64,000 nt of DNA from assembly GCF_009914755.1 (NCBI RefSeq), contig NC_060947.1; one strand, 5' to 3'. Position numbers and translations under genes: made by a program. The notes under the pieces are model-generated. The model had not been told where the DNA came from. It searched no databases and worked only from the letters and a program-made list of their open reading frames with translations. Positions 9,900 through 25,856 of the stretch are shown in pieces (the stretch's first letter is position 1; each line of letters starts with the position of its first letter). This stretch comes from the human T2T-CHM13v2.0 reference genome, Homo sapiens.

Positions 9900-10650
9900 C
9901 GGCTTCTTTTCCTTTCCCTGTCCCGGGTGGGACAAATCTGCGAGCAAGCAGGGCTCAAGGCCAGCGGGGTCTGGACGGGAAGAGCAATGGGTAGAGCCGG
10001 CCTGCAGCTGCCATAGCCCTGGGCAGGCCAGGAGGGGCCATCGGAGCCTCGGGGCAGATAGGCTGCCGGGCGCAAAACTATGCGGAGGAGCAGCCGAGCG
10101 CGTTGGCCCCGGGGGCGGTGCGGGGTGGGGACTTCCTGGCGGCTCTCAGCAACCCCTGGTCCGACCAGACTCGGTGGGCTCGGCTGCACCACGGATGAGC
10201 AAAGAAACCGGCGGGCCGCGGGAACTGAGCCGCGCGCCTGCAGCCGTCGCCACGGCGGCCCGCGGCCTTCCCCCGCATTCCCCGAGGGAGGCCGTAGTTG
10301 TCGCGGCCTGCAGACAGCGCGCAGGGTAGCCCAGAACCGCGTGCGGGCGCTGGGGGAAAAAAAATTAGGTGCCGAAAGAAAGCAGCAACGCACGCGCGCG
10401 CGCACACACACGAAATCAGTTTACAAAAATAAAACCGCGGAATCTGCCGTGCTCGGCGCCCGAGTTTGAGCTACTTAACTCTCGCATGCATTTTACTGTC
10501 ATATTTCTGTAGAGCTGATGGAAAATCTGAAATGTTTTTGCAAGGGCGATCTCGCAGACCCAAGGCGTTGCAAGCGTTGCGCAGCCTTTCGCTGGCGTCT
10601 GCGGCTCTTTTCCGGGGCGCGAGGAGGGAAAAGAGTAGTGTCTTTCAGGG
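9900..10650. promoter_or_regulatory. CpG island
   Basis: GC and CpG dense; includes an alternating purine-pyrimidine run (GCAC/CG/CA) at 10390-10412. Confidence 0.75.
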
Positions 10651-13316
10651 TCTGCAAAGCTGTTTTGAAAAGTTAACCAAAAAGGTTTTAAATAGCAAGA
10701 TTTTCTTTTCAGGAAAAGTTTTTAAAACGGCTGATACTCGTCCAGTTTTGGTGGGCGCTAAAAAGTCTTATTACTAAGCTACAAGTTTCCCTGTTAAGAT
10801 TTTCAAAACCCCTCGTGGACAGGGCTGAAAGTTTGCCGGGCTGTGAGACGTGACTGAACACGCTTCTAAATCCTCAGATAGATCATTTATAAAGCTCTGG
10901 TGCCCTTGGGATGAAAGGCTTCGCTGAGTTTTTAAGACTTGCCTTCGTGGGTAAATTTGCTTGGGTTGCTACACGTAAGCATTCATTTCCCCACCTAAAT
11001 TAGTAAAAGGGCAGAAGATTCCAACGACGTAAGATAAAAGTTGGGTTTATGGCATGTTCTCTAAAGACAAATTGCAACAGCTTTCTTTATTAAACTCCTT
11101 TTGCTACCTCAGCAAATTGGAGAGCCAGTTGAATATTGATGAATTCTTTGAGGGTGAGTAATATTGCTACAGGCCGGAGAAAGTAAGGGAGGACAAGCTT
11201 AAGCATTTACTCAAGTGAACAACCTTCAAATGTTTTTCAACTATGATGTCTCAAGGATTTTCTTAGGACCTTTGAAGCAAACCCTGATTCTGCAAATGGC
11301 TTCTTATTTGGTAGGCCCTTCCCAACCTGACAAAACTCACAGGATATAAATTGCCCTAAGAAGTGGTGAGAAACTTACCCTAGCATTGGAAACAGGCACA
11401 GCCCACCACCTGGGGTGTTAGGGGGGCCTCCAACTGGTAGTCAGGCAACTTCTCACGGGGCAACTAGGAACCTGAAATGAAAATTGCACACCATCTATTG
11501 TTTTTTTTGGTCCCTTCTGAAATATTGTTTCAAGGCAGCTGTTTTCAGGAAAATAGCACATATTTTCCTTTCTCTTTTTGTTCCGTGAAACGTTCGGAAA
11601 TTATATTGATAAGGAATAATCATAGTCCGCCGAGGGAGCAATAGCTTTGAAGGCTCTGAAGGCACAGCTGAGAAAAATAAATTAGCTCTAGACTAGAGAT
11701 ACTCAGCAAGGAAGTTATGCATAACATGGTATTTGGCATAAATTTTGGAAAATGTTTTCTGGAAAGCAACTGTGAATGAATCTTGGGAAATAGATACTGG
11801 AGAATCAAGTTGCATTAAAACTTATTTTTTTGTAAATTACAAAGAAGATTTCTAGAACTTTCCATTTTTATTTTAACTAGAAATGGTGTTTAAGATTGTG
11901 TTTTTAATGAAGGCCTTGAGTTAGGGAAACAAGATTTTCCTTATGTTGTAAATATCCAGAAGTCTTTAGAGAGATAAAATCAGGATAGAGTTACAAATTT
12001 AACAGAAAGAAAACAACTGGAATTGTGTTATGAAGCTTCTATTGTGTTTTTTTGTAAAGGCTTTTTTTCATGGTTCAAGCAGTGGCTAGCAGTGAGTAGT
12101 AACTGTATACTATAATATATAATGTAAGAATGCTTGTCCTACTCTCAGATTAAACAAAAAAGACAGTGTCCTTTGGTAATTTTTATTTTATGAAATTAGT
12201 TATAAAAATAGTTATTTGCAAAACTCAGAACTTTGGGAGAAAAACTCTAATCTTAACTTCTCCTACCCCCGTGATCCCATCAGGAAAAAGTAGAATGAAT
12301 TAGTAAATTTTTCCTTTCTGCCAAAGAGAAGCTTAGTAAGTCATTAGTAGCTGTTGCTTTTGATTTCTAGATCTCTTTTCCCTCCTCAAAGACGCAGAAT
12401 CACTGCCTTCAGTGCTGCCTGGATTTCTTCTTTAAACCAGGCTTTTTTTTTTTTTTTTCTGGGTGTGTACTATTATTGTCTTAATTATTCCTGGATTTTT
12501 GCCCATTAAATCAAAAATTGTCTCAGATGACGGCAATGATTGGAACTTTTTGCTAAGGAGGGCGAGAATGAAGGGGTGTAGGACAGTCTCAGCGTCTCTT
12601 TACACCGTGCTGGCCCTATAGTGCAACCTGTAAGTGGGCAGGACTTGCTGTCCTTTGCACAGAGCGTGAACTGACAGAGCAAAATGTAATGACAGGAGCA
12701 TGGAGACCAAAAACCCATCTCTTGTAGGTGTGGTGGCCATAATGGCGGTTCAAGTATAGTACTAGGCTAGATTTAGTCACTTGCTTTCACCATAAAATTA
12801 TGGTAATCAGTTTCACCTCACACTTCTAGAACTTTCCTCGAACTTCAGCTAATTACGAAAAAGAGAAAAGAAAAACCCCAATATATCAGTGTCAACCTGT
12901 CAAATGCAATCTTGTTGAGGGAAACTGAAGTGCCTTTGGAAGGCACTTCATTGATATCAAAAAAATTGAAACAAACAAACAAAAACACCAACCAAAAGTG
13001 ATCAGCACCAAGGATATCCTGTAAAAAGCACAGAGCTCTGCTTTGTGATGTCTGAATGACATCGCTTTTGGGATCTTGTTATGTGAAAAGAAAACACTCC
13101 TCGGGGCAAATAATATCTTGCTGGGTAGAAAGAATAGGAGGGAACAACAAATTGAAGAGTGCTAAGGGATGCTATCCTTGTTCAAAACCAAGATGCAGCT
13201 GGAGTGTTTTCCAAAGCATGAAATACATTGTTGAAATAGCAGAGAGAAAGTGAATGTGCATATCTGAAATGTTCACATGAGAGATGGTAACACGGCATCA
13301 TCCAGAACTGAACTCA

Positions 13317-13586
<270 letters not shown>

Positions 13587-13949
13587 TCATTTCTTTTGCT
13601 TCCTGTTTCTTAAAATTATTCTTGGGCTTACGATCGGGTGGGATTTTGCAGTTCATGACCAGAGTAAGTCCCAGCCCTCCGTGTAGAAGAGGAAGTAGAA
13701 ATCCAGATCCTGTTTTTAATTTTAGCATTTCTCCTAAACCCAGGGCTTGACAGCTTCTTTAGTCCAGAGTCCCCAGGAATGCCTACGCCATAGGCAGGGA
13801 AGAGTGAAAATGAGAGTAGGGTGGAGAGCAAGGGCCAGGGCAGAAGACAGAAAGAAAGAAGATGAAAGAAGAGAAAAAAAAAAACAAGTCCTTCTCCTCT
13901 GTCCCTACTATCTGTCCTCAAGTTCAGAGTCTCCACTTGCCACCATGAT

Positions 13950-14460
13950 GTCATCAAGGTGACCTTCTCAGGCCCCCCACTGATCTCTCAGTTGAGTTCT
14001 GCTCCTCTCCCAGTGGTCCACGGAGTTCTGCTGGGAAAACACAATTCTGGTCATATTAATCCTCGGCACAAAAGGCAGATGACTAAAAAGCTTAACTCCT
14101 TAATGTGGCATTCAGGGCATTCTACAATCTGGCTCCAATCTGCGCTTCTGCTTGCATCTCCTACCCTCCAGCCACACCTTCTTTATGTGTTTATGCTGGA
14201 TACCCCTGTTCCTCCCATTTCCGCATCCTTCTTAGGCCCAGCTCAAATGCCACCTCTTCCTTGAAGCCTTCTCAGATGGCCTCAGAGTTGGAGTTAACTG
14301 CCTCTGTCCTGTCCTGTCACGGCACTTTAATTAACTTAGTTGTTCTGAAATTCTCTTCCTAGCAGACAGTAAGCTCCTAGAGGGTAGGGACATGTCTGTC
14401 TATAGGTATCTTCTCAGCGCTTTGCACAATAATTTGCATCCGTTGATGTCCAATACATAT
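13950..14460 (+). mobile_element. L2 3' fragment
   Basis: L2-like motifs (ccagctcaaatgccacctcttcc, gtaagctcctagagggtaggga). Confidence 0.55.
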
Positions 14461-14461
14461 T

Positions 14462-14771
14462 TGTTTTTTTGTTTTGTTTTTTTTGTTTGTTTTTTGAGAT
14501 AGAATCTCACTCTGTCGCCCAGCCTGGAGTACAGTGGTGCCATCTCGGCTCACTACAAACTCCGCCTCCCAGGTTCAAGCAATTATCATGCCTCCCAAAT
14601 AGCTGTGATTACAGGCACGCACCATCACACTCGGCTAATTTTTGTATTTTTAGTAGAAACGGGGTTTCACCATGTTGACCAGGCTGGTCTCAAACTCCTG
14701 ACCTCAAGTGATTCACCTGCCTTGGCCTCCCAAAGTGCTGGAATTACAGGCATGAGCCACTGTGCCCAGCC
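14462..14771 (-). mobile_element. Alu (S-type)
   Basis: Full-length antisense Alu consensus. Confidence 0.95.
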
Positions 14772-15289
14772 AAGTTAGAAAGAAATCCAATACATATTTG
14801 TTAACTGAACGTATACCTGAGAAGGGAAAAAAGGAACCGGAAGAAGTGAGAACAAGGTGCTGTGCTGGCGGTAAAGATGATGGCTAACATCCTCAAGAGT
14901 TGGCTTAGGCACCATTTGGTGTTCTTGGTGCTGACCAAGGGTTGTTGAGCTCATATCTAACATGTTGGCTTCACAAACATCCATCTGGGACTGACACTTG
15001 GAACACATCCTCTGGAATAATATAGAATTAATTTGCTTTTAAATTAGCTGCTCAGTACTATAAACTCTCTCCTGAAAATCTATCACCATCATTTTATACT
15101 TTTAAGCTTCAAGCTGATCCTTGAAGGGAAGGTGGAATTTGGATGGAATGGGCAAAACAGCATTTTCAGAGGCCAGGAGGCAGAGAAGAACTGAAAGGAG
15201 ATGGACCTAGTTGGACAGAGCCTTTCTACTGGGGAATTAGAGACTGGGCTGGACAAGTAGGGTGATGTCAGATTATTGGGGGGTGGGGA

Positions 15290-15571
15290 GGCAGGCGCGG
15301 TGGCTCACGCCTGTAATCCCAGCACTTTGGGAGGCCGAGACGGGTGGATTGCTTGAGGCCAAGAGTTCAAGACCAGCCTGGCCAACATGGTGAAAACCCA
15401 TCTCTACTAAAAAATACAAAAACTAGCCGGGCATGGTGGCGTGTGCCTGTAATCCCAGCTACTCGGGAGGCTGAGGCAGGAGAATGGAGAGTAGCTTAAA
15501 CCCAGGGGGCAGAGGTTGCAGTGAGTGGAGATCGTGCCACTGCACTCCAGCCTGGGTGACTGAGACTGTCT

Positions 15572-15613
<42 letters not shown>

Positions 15614-15908
15614 CTGGGCATGGTGACTCACGCCTGTAATCCCAGCACTTTGGGAGGCCAAGGCAGGTGGATCACGAGGTCAGGAGTTCAAGACCATCCT
15701 GACCAAGATGATGAAACCCCGTCTGTACTAAAAATACAAAAATTAGCCGAGTATGGTGGCAGGCGCCTGTAATCCCAGCTACTCAGGAGGCTGAGACAGG
15801 AGAACTGTTTGAACCCGGGTAGCAGAGGTTGCAGTGAGCCGAGATTGCATCACTGCGCTCTAGCCTGGGCGACAGACTGAGACTCTGTCTCAAAAAAAAA
15901 ACAAAAAA
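15290..15908 (+). mobile_element. Two tandem Alus (15290-15609, 15612-15908)
   Basis: Two Alu consensus copies joined by a long A-tail; ATTAT(T)GGGGGGT flanks the pair. Confidence 0.95.
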
Positions 15909-18365
15909 CATTATGGGGGGTCTGGAAGTAGGCAGAGGAGTTGTGACTTTAGTTGCAGGATGGTATAGAACCTTTTTTTTTTTTTTTTTTTTTTTGGTGT
16001 GATGCTTTTAAAGGGGCAGGGGCGTGATGTAATGAAAGCCGTGTTTTTTAACAGATTCACCTGGCTTATATGGTATAACCCTATGAACTACAAACTATGG
16101 TAAACCTAGGACTATTTGAATAATTAGAATATCCCATTCTCCATGCCACACTGGAGTGAACTTTCTTATTTGAGAAGATAAAGAGTGGAAAAATACTATT
16201 TATCATATACCTATTATGTATCAGGAGATGTACTGGATTCTTCCCCCACCCCAGGTATTCCCTCCCTCTCTCCCCCTTCCCTCCCTCCCTCTCTCACACA
16301 CTTGCACTTGCACACACCAGAAATCCCAACTAGGACTTGATTTTAATTGACCTTTAAAGTAATCAATTTTTTGTTAAATTACTCATACAAAGCATGCTAT
16401 GAAATACCAGTAAATATCGGGTTAAAAATTAACTGAAAGACAGAAACTTACTATTGTGTGCTGATTTGATGGAACAGAGGAGTGAAAATATAGTACGCAC
16501 CTTCTGGATTGAGACTGTGGTTTTCGTTTTTGTTTTTGTTTTTTGGTAGTGGCAGAGCTTCAAACTGGAGAATGTTCTTTTTCATGCGCAGTTTTTAAAA
16601 ATTGTCATTAAATATTTTCACAAAGTTAAAACAACATTGAAAGTAACTTGGGCAACTTAGATATTCCCTGTACTTGCTGTAACTCAAATACCAAAACATA
16701 TTTAGAGTTTAGGTGCATCTATCATTCGAGGCATGTGATTTCTTTACCTGGGTGAAGCGAAAGAAAGTTAAATCGATGAAATATGAAATGAAAATGAGAA
16801 TCAATTTGTAGAATGAACCATAAAAGAACGAGATTTTTGAAGAGATTATTTTATTTTGATTGCAGACTGTAAATTATCACAGGGAGTTGCTGTAGGAATG
16901 ACATTGAGGCTTACTTTTGGGTCAATTTGTTCCTGTCCTGACCCACCCTTGGCAGTGGAGACAGCTAGAATTTCTCTAACTCCATAGAAACCAGTCTCAC
17001 TGTTGCTTTAGGACTCGATTCTCTCCCTACACTGGGCTTCCTTTAGTGCTTTGTTATGTAAATACAGCTTCAAAAATAGAATAAATATTCTGTAGGCATT
17101 ACTTGGAAAACGAGCTTTTATTTTAAAGATGTGTGCTTATTTAAGTCGCAGACAGAGCTTTAAAGAGCTCTTGATAGAAAGAAATATATTTGGCGAAGAG
17201 TCAAAACTTTTAAAGTAACTTTAAAAGGTGAATAATTTACATTCGTATAGTGTTTACATAATAGGGTGTGTACGACAAAGCCAAAACAACATTGAAAATA
17301 ACCTGAGCAATTTAAATATTCTTCCTAGTAACTGTAAAATAAAAGTGCCTTCGAATGGTACATTTGCTGGCAGGAAATTTTTTTCATGTTCCCAGGTGGC
17401 AAGGATTCTTTCATGTTCCCTTATATTTGAAAACTGGTATTAGCGTTTACTTCTCGGACTCAGACCAATTCCCCCTTACCTGTCAGAGAACATCTAGCAA
17501 TAAATGCTGACAAAGCTACATAGCAAAGGGCAAACCTGTCACTTCCCTTTCAGAAACCTGTTTATGCACCCTCCTGCAATCCCACCACCTGCCCAGGCCA
17601 AGTGAGCCCCTCTCCGCTACTGGTGTTTCATAATGCTGGGAGCTACTTTGATTTCATGCATTGCCCTTCAGGTAAGCCACAGGAACCTCACCACTGGCCA
17701 TGCCAGATGGTTGTGAATTGGATAAGAACAAAGAAAAATGGAAGTAGCAAGTGGTGGGGAGTTTAGTGTACTATATGACTTACTCATATGCAAGTCAATA
17801 AGCAAAGTCCCCTGCCTCTTGTCCTTGGATGCTGGATAATAATAAATATAAATATACATAATATATATGCGTACATATATACATGCATGCACACACACAC
17901 AGACACACATTACCTGGATCCCCCACCTCCTCACCCCACTTTGAAAAACTTTAGAGTATCGTTGGCCTCATCAGAATTACATTACATTAGAGGATTGTTG
18001 AAAGATTTCATATTACTGCTAATGTGGGGAACATAATTAGAACCAACGTTAGCGCCTCTACTCAGTATCATCATTGCTATTATTTTATTTACATCTTATG
18101 CTTTTTTCCTTTGGCTTTAACTGTCTTCATCAATCTCCTGTTATAAAAATAAATAAAAGCTTCCTATGGAATTATTTTCACCAGTCAAGTCCTGTAACTT
18201 GTTTTCCTTGAAGAGGGAAAATATAACTGATGGACACAAGGAAACAGCAGTGGCATAGCATGTCCTTTTCCACCCAGTCTGTGTTTTGACATCAGTTGTA
18301 TTTACACACATAAACTGAAGAACGTTGCATTTGTGGAGTTTGCCAGTGTGGTAAGATTGAAGGGG

Positions 18366-18840
18366 TGGTAGGCAGCCTCTATGCTGGTCCCCACTGATCC
18401 CTGCCTTCTGGTGTTCCCACTGTTCTGTAATCCCTCCTAGTACGTGCGCTGGACCTAGAGACTCTTCTAACAAGTAGAATATGGCAGAAGCCATGGGATG
18501 TCACTTCTGTGGCTTCTAACTTGGGCCTTTTGTCATCCCCTTCCCCTTCTCTCTATCAGCTGCCATGTTATGAGGACACTTGGAGAAAGCTACAGGAGAG
18601 GAACTGAGGTCTCCTGCCATCAGCCACTTGAGTGAGCATGGGAGTGGATTCTCCAAACTCCAGTTAAGACTTGAGATGTCCACAGTGGCAGCCACTAGCT
18701 TGACTGCAACTTACGAGAGACCCTGAGCCAGAGGCACTCAGTTAAGTCATACACAGTTTCCTGACCCGTAAAACCTGTGACACAATGAAGGTTTGTTGTT
18801 TTGGGGGTAATCCGTTATTCAGCAATAGATAACGAATACA
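18366..18840 (+). mobile_element. MaLR LTR (MLT1F-like)
   Basis: Start gtggtaggcagcctct..., end gcaatagataacgaataca, typical of MLT1. Confidence 0.7.
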
Positions 18841-19164
18841 GAAGGCTTGTAATTGTATAACCAACGTGAGTTTATAAGCGGATATCTGACCTCATTTGTT
18901 TTCTCCTGAAAAAGTTATAGAAAAATCACAAGACTGCAAGTCACTCTCTCTCTTTCTTTTGTGGGGAATAAACAAGTATAATTACAATTTCTAAACCTAT
19001 TGTTTTATTCTCAAATATAATTACAATTTAAACAGGATATTGTAGAGCTCCATCATAGGGATTAACACTAATTAGAATTAAAGAACGTTTTTGTGAAAGT
19101 CAGCTTTTTTTTTTTAAATAAACACTCGTCCCTTGATAATGTATTTCTTTTTCATAAAATTAAA

Positions 19165-19647
19165 AAAAAAATGTGGGTTGTAGTAGGTGTATATATTTAT
19201 GTGGTACATGAGATGTTTTGATACAGGCATGACGTGTAATAATCACATCATGGAAGATGGCGTATCCATCCCCTCAAGCATTTATCCTTTGTGTTACAAA
19301 CAATCCAGTTACACTCTTTTTGTTATTTAAAAATGTACAATTAAATTATTATTGGCTATAGTCACCCTGTTGTGCTATCAAATATTAGGTCTTATTCATT
19401 CATTTAACTATTTTTTTGTACCTATTTATCATCCCCATCCCCGGTTCCCTCCCACCACCCACCCCACTACCCTTCCCGGCCTCTGGTAACCATCCTTCTA
19501 CTCTCTAGCTCCATGAGCTCCATTGTTTTGATTTTTAGCTCCCACAAATAAATGAGAACATGTAATGTTTGCCTTTCTGTGCCTGACTTATTTCACTTAA
19601 CATAATGACCTCTAGTTCCCTCTATGTTGTTGCAAATGACAGGATCT
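19165..19647 (-). mobile_element. L1 (L1MA-like) 3' end
   Basis: Antisense L1 3'UTR motifs (tgtttgcctttctgtgcctgacttatttcacttaacataatg). Confidence 0.85.
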
Positions 19648-20356
19648 GATAATGTATTTCTTATAAACGTGTGTGTGTGTGTGTGTGCTTAATTTAATGC
19701 TTGACTAAGCCTTCGTTACTGGTGAAGGAGGGACGGGTGTCTTTCTGTGCATCTCCAAAGTGGGCTATAGGTTCAAAGTAGTGAGAAAAGACTTTTTGCC
19801 CTTAACATTTACATATAGTTTACACAGTTTTCTAAAAAACCTGGTTGGCTACTTTCAGGCTACAAGAATAAAAATTTAAACGTTACTTTGAGTTTCCTTT
19901 TATGGGTCAAAAATCTCGCTATGGCCCTAAGTTTTAAATATTTGACAAGCAATTATCATAACAAACGGTTTCAGACATTTTTGGCTTTCCCAGAGATTGA
20001 AAGGTGAAAATGTTCATTTCTTTTGTTCGCAATGAAGCATTTCATCTTATTATCACAAATATGACTAACACTGTTATGGATTTTTATAAATCATGTCATC
20101 TTAAAAATTAAAGAACATTACCACAATAAAGGAGAAAAACACTCTTTTGAAGTGGCATTTCAAAAGGCAAATGAATTAGTCAATTTGAAATGCAGTTTTT
20201 TCACAAGGTGTTATCTTCCCATCTTTAGAATGGTTCCTTTAGCTTATGGACTCCCACGCCCTTTCTCATTACCAGTCAGTCAGTCAGTCACCTGGATTGA
20301 CCATCTATTGGGTACCTTCACCAAGTAATGGAAAAGCAAGGCAAAGCAAACAAACA

Positions 20357-20684
<328 letters not shown>

Positions 20685-20833
20685 TCAAGACATACACAAT
20701 CGAATTGAGAAGATCAAACATGCACCTGAAATGTTTGAAGAACACTTTTTTCTGAGTAATGATATGCCAAGCCAACAAGTGCAGATTACTATTGAATTTT
20801 GAAAAATTATGCCTAATTATCCTGAGACATTAA

Positions 20834-21180
<347 letters not shown>

Positions 21181-21189
21181 TGCATCTTT

Positions 21190-22975
21190 GTTCTTACTGC
21201 TTCCTTTGCCTAGGATGCCCTCCTCCTACATCTTCACCTGATTCAATTCTACCTCTCACTTCAGGTCCAATTCAAAGGCTCCCAATTCTGTGAAGCCTGT
21301 GCTTACTCCCTCTTGGCTTATCTGTTGTACTAGAGGCTATAGTCTACCCAACTTTCCTCCCTAGAATTTCATGAGTCATATTTCTTCCGTATCTCTGATC
21401 ACTTCTCTTCTATCTATTTTGATGACTGTTCTTCTCCTGTCCTTTTCCTAACAATGCCATGAGGATTGACTATGAAAAAATTCTCTTTCCTGCACTCATG
21501 TAATTTCCCCCAAGGCTTTATCTCCCAGTAATTACATTTCTCGAGCTGATTCCTGGATATATCTACTTGGATGTCACTGTCATCTCAAACTCAACATGTC
21601 CAACCTAGATTCATCTTCCCGCCATCCTCTACCATCACCCCAATTTCCTTACTTAAATCCAGGGCTTACCATGTCTTCTGAGCTTCTAGGGCTCTTGATG
21701 GTGACATCTTCTTTGAGTCAACATCTTCTTTTTCACATATATCCAGTCAGACAAATCAGAGCATAGCTTAAGTCTTGTCCTCCATGAAATCTGTCTCTCT
21801 GCTCTAAGGCCAGGAGCTTTCTACGCTCCAAATTCAATTTCTCTCTTAATCGTGAATGAGGCTTATATAGACATTTAACTGTTTCCTGTAGGCTAGAATG
21901 AATGAAGTCCTGTTGTTCTTCACTTGAAATGGGTCTCATTTTCTTCTCTTCCTATCCTTCAACTCCTCCCATCTGCTGTCCTTATCTCCTCTCACCTAGG
22001 TTAGAGCAATAGCCCCCTAAGCGGCCTCCCTCCAACACAGTGCCCTTGTCCACCCTGTTCCAGGGGTTATGCCCACAAAGAATACTCTTCATCCTCTTCT
22101 CTGCTTAGCCAGGTCCTCCTCATCTTCTAACAGTGGGGTCATTGCCTACCTCTACCAAGAAACCTTCCTGGATCTTCTAGTCCACATGGAAGTCTCTCTT
22201 CTCTGGGAGTGAGTGTTGAGCATAGAGGGGAAAGTGGACTTTGGCGCTAGACAAACCTGGGTTTGAGTTCCAGTGATGTCATTTCCTAATGGTACAATCT
22301 CCACTTCTCTGAGCCTCAGTTTCCTCATCTATAAAACAGAGAAAATAATTTTCATTTTGTAGAGCTGTTGTGAGGATTAAATGAGATCATATATAATGTG
22401 TCTGAAACATAGTAACTCCTGTTATTACCATGGAGGTCTTGAGTCTTTTCTAAGGCTGATACATTATGCAACTTCAGGGCAAGGCTCTGTGAATATCACC
22501 CTTGCAGTTGTGAAATGCTCAACTTGCACCTCGTAGCCCAAGTCTAATGTATCTAGATCTAGTATTGGTTGTTTGCAAAGTTGCTTGCCTGTGTTTTGGT
22601 ATTAAACAATTTGTTAGCTTCAGAAGAGAGGATGGGGGAGGGATGTGCTAGCTTTCTTGTACACAGTCTCATATACCACTCATGCTCTAGCCCCATCACT
22701 CACCACCATCACTGCCCCGCTACACTGCCTCCATTGTATTGGACCAGACCACTTGCACTTTCTCTGATGACCTCAGCCCAGGTCCTCACGTCTATGCACA
22801 GGCACATTCTCTGGACTGGAGTAGCCTCTATAGCCTCTATCTCTGTAGGCCTCTTTACTTGTCTCCCTCACCCAAATTAGATTGTGTCAGTCTTGTTCCC
22901 CATTGCATCCCCAGCATCTAACATAGTGCTTGGCACATAAGACAGGCCCAATAAACATTTGTTGCATGAATACAC
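21190..22975 (+). mobile_element. Degraded L2 fragments with a MIR at ~22210-22420
   Basis: L2 motifs (tctcaaactcaacatgtccaa; catagtgcttggcacata...caataaacatttgttg); MIR core ctctgagcctcagtttcctcatctataaaa. Confidence 0.6.
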
Positions 22976-23149
22976 TGTTTTCAGGGATTATTACTTAGTT
23001 TTCCTCAAGAAGAGGCAAGGGATTTTTAAATCTAACCGCTCTGTTTCTTCAACTACCATGACTGAATTTCTAAATCTACTCACCTACTGAAGCACTTTGC
23101 CTATATTAAATGTGCAAACATTGTGTCAACATTGTGTAATTTTAATTAA

Positions 23150-23437
<288 letters not shown>

Positions 23438-23817
23438 AAATTAATTTATTTTTAATGACAAATAAAAATTATATATATATGTATATATGGTGTACAATAT
23501 GATGTTTTGAAATAGTCTACTTCTTAATAGGTATGTGGCCTTGGGCAAGTATCTTAATCACTCTGTGCTTCAGTTTCCTTATTTATAAAATAGATATGAG
23601 AAGAGTAGTTCTCTCACAGGTTGTAGTGAAGATTAAATGAGATGCTTTTACTATCTGGAATGTGTTCTCTCCAGATCATCCCAGGACTGGCTCCTTCTTC
23701 ACATTCAAGACTTAGTTGAAATGACAAGTCTTCAGAGGCCTTTCCTACTCTGGTCCCTTCTCCAGTTTATCTCATATCACTTTATTTTAGTTCTCCATAG
23801 CATTTGTTGCAGTCTGA

Positions 23818-24457
<640 letters not shown>

Positions 24458-25029
24458 TAATAAATTTCTGTTGAACAATTCACTTACTCTTACTCCTCCC
24501 TTTCTCTCTTACTCCTCCACTTTCTCTCTTACCCCTTTGAGAAAGCTAATAGACAGCCAAACTTTAGCAAACATTTTCTGATCATAGATGTTGGGGGAGA
24601 AAAACTCCTTTCAAAGCACTATCAGTCTGTGGCTAAAGCATAAGCTCTGGCTCTCGGCATCAGGAATTTGCTGTCTAGCTGGTGGGTAGTGACGTGAGTG
24701 CTTCTTAGAACCATTGATGGTTTATAAATCACCAGTGCAACCTATGCTTTTTGTGGATAAAAAGTGACACAGTTGTAGATTGAACTAAGAAACGATGTGG
24801 CTGAGTACTAAGTTAGTGGTGCAGAGTGTAAGGGAAATGGGGATATAGACAGAGGGTCAATTGCAGAAGGCTTTCTTAGAGGAACTTGACAGAGAGGGAA
24901 GTCATCCTAGAGAGAAGGGACCAGGCACCAATGTTTGCAAACCACTTAGAACAATGTCTGGCCCATACTAAAAATGAGGTATGTGTCTATTAAATAAAAA
25001 TGCCCAACATATTTTTATGCGATCAGAAT

Positions 25030-25040
25030 TTTATTTTATT
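25030..25040 (-). terminator. PLAC1: PLAC1 polyadenylation signal (overlapping AATAAAATAAA)
   Basis: TTTATTTTATT on the + strand, ~180 nt past the stop codon. Confidence 0.75.
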
Positions 25041-25217
25041 TTTTGTTTACACATGAATATAAAAATATAGAAAAAGGCTTAATTCATGAAGTTGCTATAG
25101 GTTTCTCTTTCTCAAAAGTGCTCACATGAGGGTCACAAGAGCACTTATTTGTCAGACATTTGTACACTATATACTAATTCTAGAAATAGCATCTTCAGGA
25201 GACCCCAAACCTGAGGA

Positions 25218-25856
25218 TCACATGGACCCAATCATATCATCTGTGTGAAGAGACCAATCCTCAGAAATATCAAGAAAGTGAGATGGCTGCAGAGGTTGAG
25301 CCTCCTGAGCCCCTGCTTGGTGACAAGGGACCTGGGTATGCTCTTCTTCACTGAAGACACAAGGTGGACAATCGCAGTTGGGCCTTTGACTGGACTGTGA
25401 CAAGCTGAACACCTCGTAGCATTTCTCATCCTTCTGGGCTGTGGCCCTGCTCTTGCTGGCTACTCTCATGGAGCAGGGCTTGGTGAGCCATGGGGACTTT
25501 TGGGGGGCAGCACATGACACTGGGATCACAAACTTAGATGGCGTGCCCTTAGAAGAGTAGTGTATCTCAGTGCTGTAGATAACCATGTCCTGAGAGACAG
25601 CTTTGGCCCTGATGCCACATTCAGTAACACGGTAGGTGAACTGGTAGGCGTGTGGCTGAACATGGTTTGGGGGGCAACCCAGGCCCAAGTGTAGTTCATG
25701 AAAGTGTACACACACATCGTTGTTTAGCATGAAGGGGTGCACTGTGACCATGAACCAGTCTATGGAGCACAGCACAGTCATTGGACTTTGTCCTGAACCG
25801 GCTGAAAACGCAGAGGTGAGGAGGATCATCAGTCCTATGAACTTAAAAACTTTCAT
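25218..25856 (-). CDS. PLAC1: Placenta-specific protein 1 (212 aa; N-terminal hydrophobic signal/anchor, ZP-N domain)
   Basis: Translation MKVFKFIGLMILLTSAFSAGSGQSPMTVLCSIDWFMV...DDMIGSM recognised as PLAC1. ATG at 25856 with an in-frame upstream TGA. Acceptor TTTTTTTGTGCTCTAG| at 25915 gives 58 nt of 5'UTR in this exon. Confidence 0.98.
   Translation of the reverse strand: MKVFKFIGLMILLTSAFSAGSGQSPMTVLCSIDWFMVTVHPFMLNNDVCVHFHELHLGLGCPPNHVQPHAYQFTYRVTECGIRAKAVSQDMVIYSTEIHYSSKGTPSKFVIPVSCAAPQKSPWLTKPCSMRVASKSRATAQKDEKCYEVFSLSQSSQRPNCDCPPCVFSEEEHTQVPCHQAGAQEAQPLQPSHFLDISEDWSLHTDDMIGSM

Noticed and set aside
9818-10777. ORFs of 103-197 aa
   Set aside because: Third CpG island; low-complexity translations without a plausible gene structure.
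24486-24534. ~20-bp pyrimidine tandem duplication
   Set aside because: Low-complexity slippage with no sign of function.
25232-25717. Alternative-frame ORFs within PLAC1
   Set aside because: Short internal frames downstream of the main ATG, with no support.
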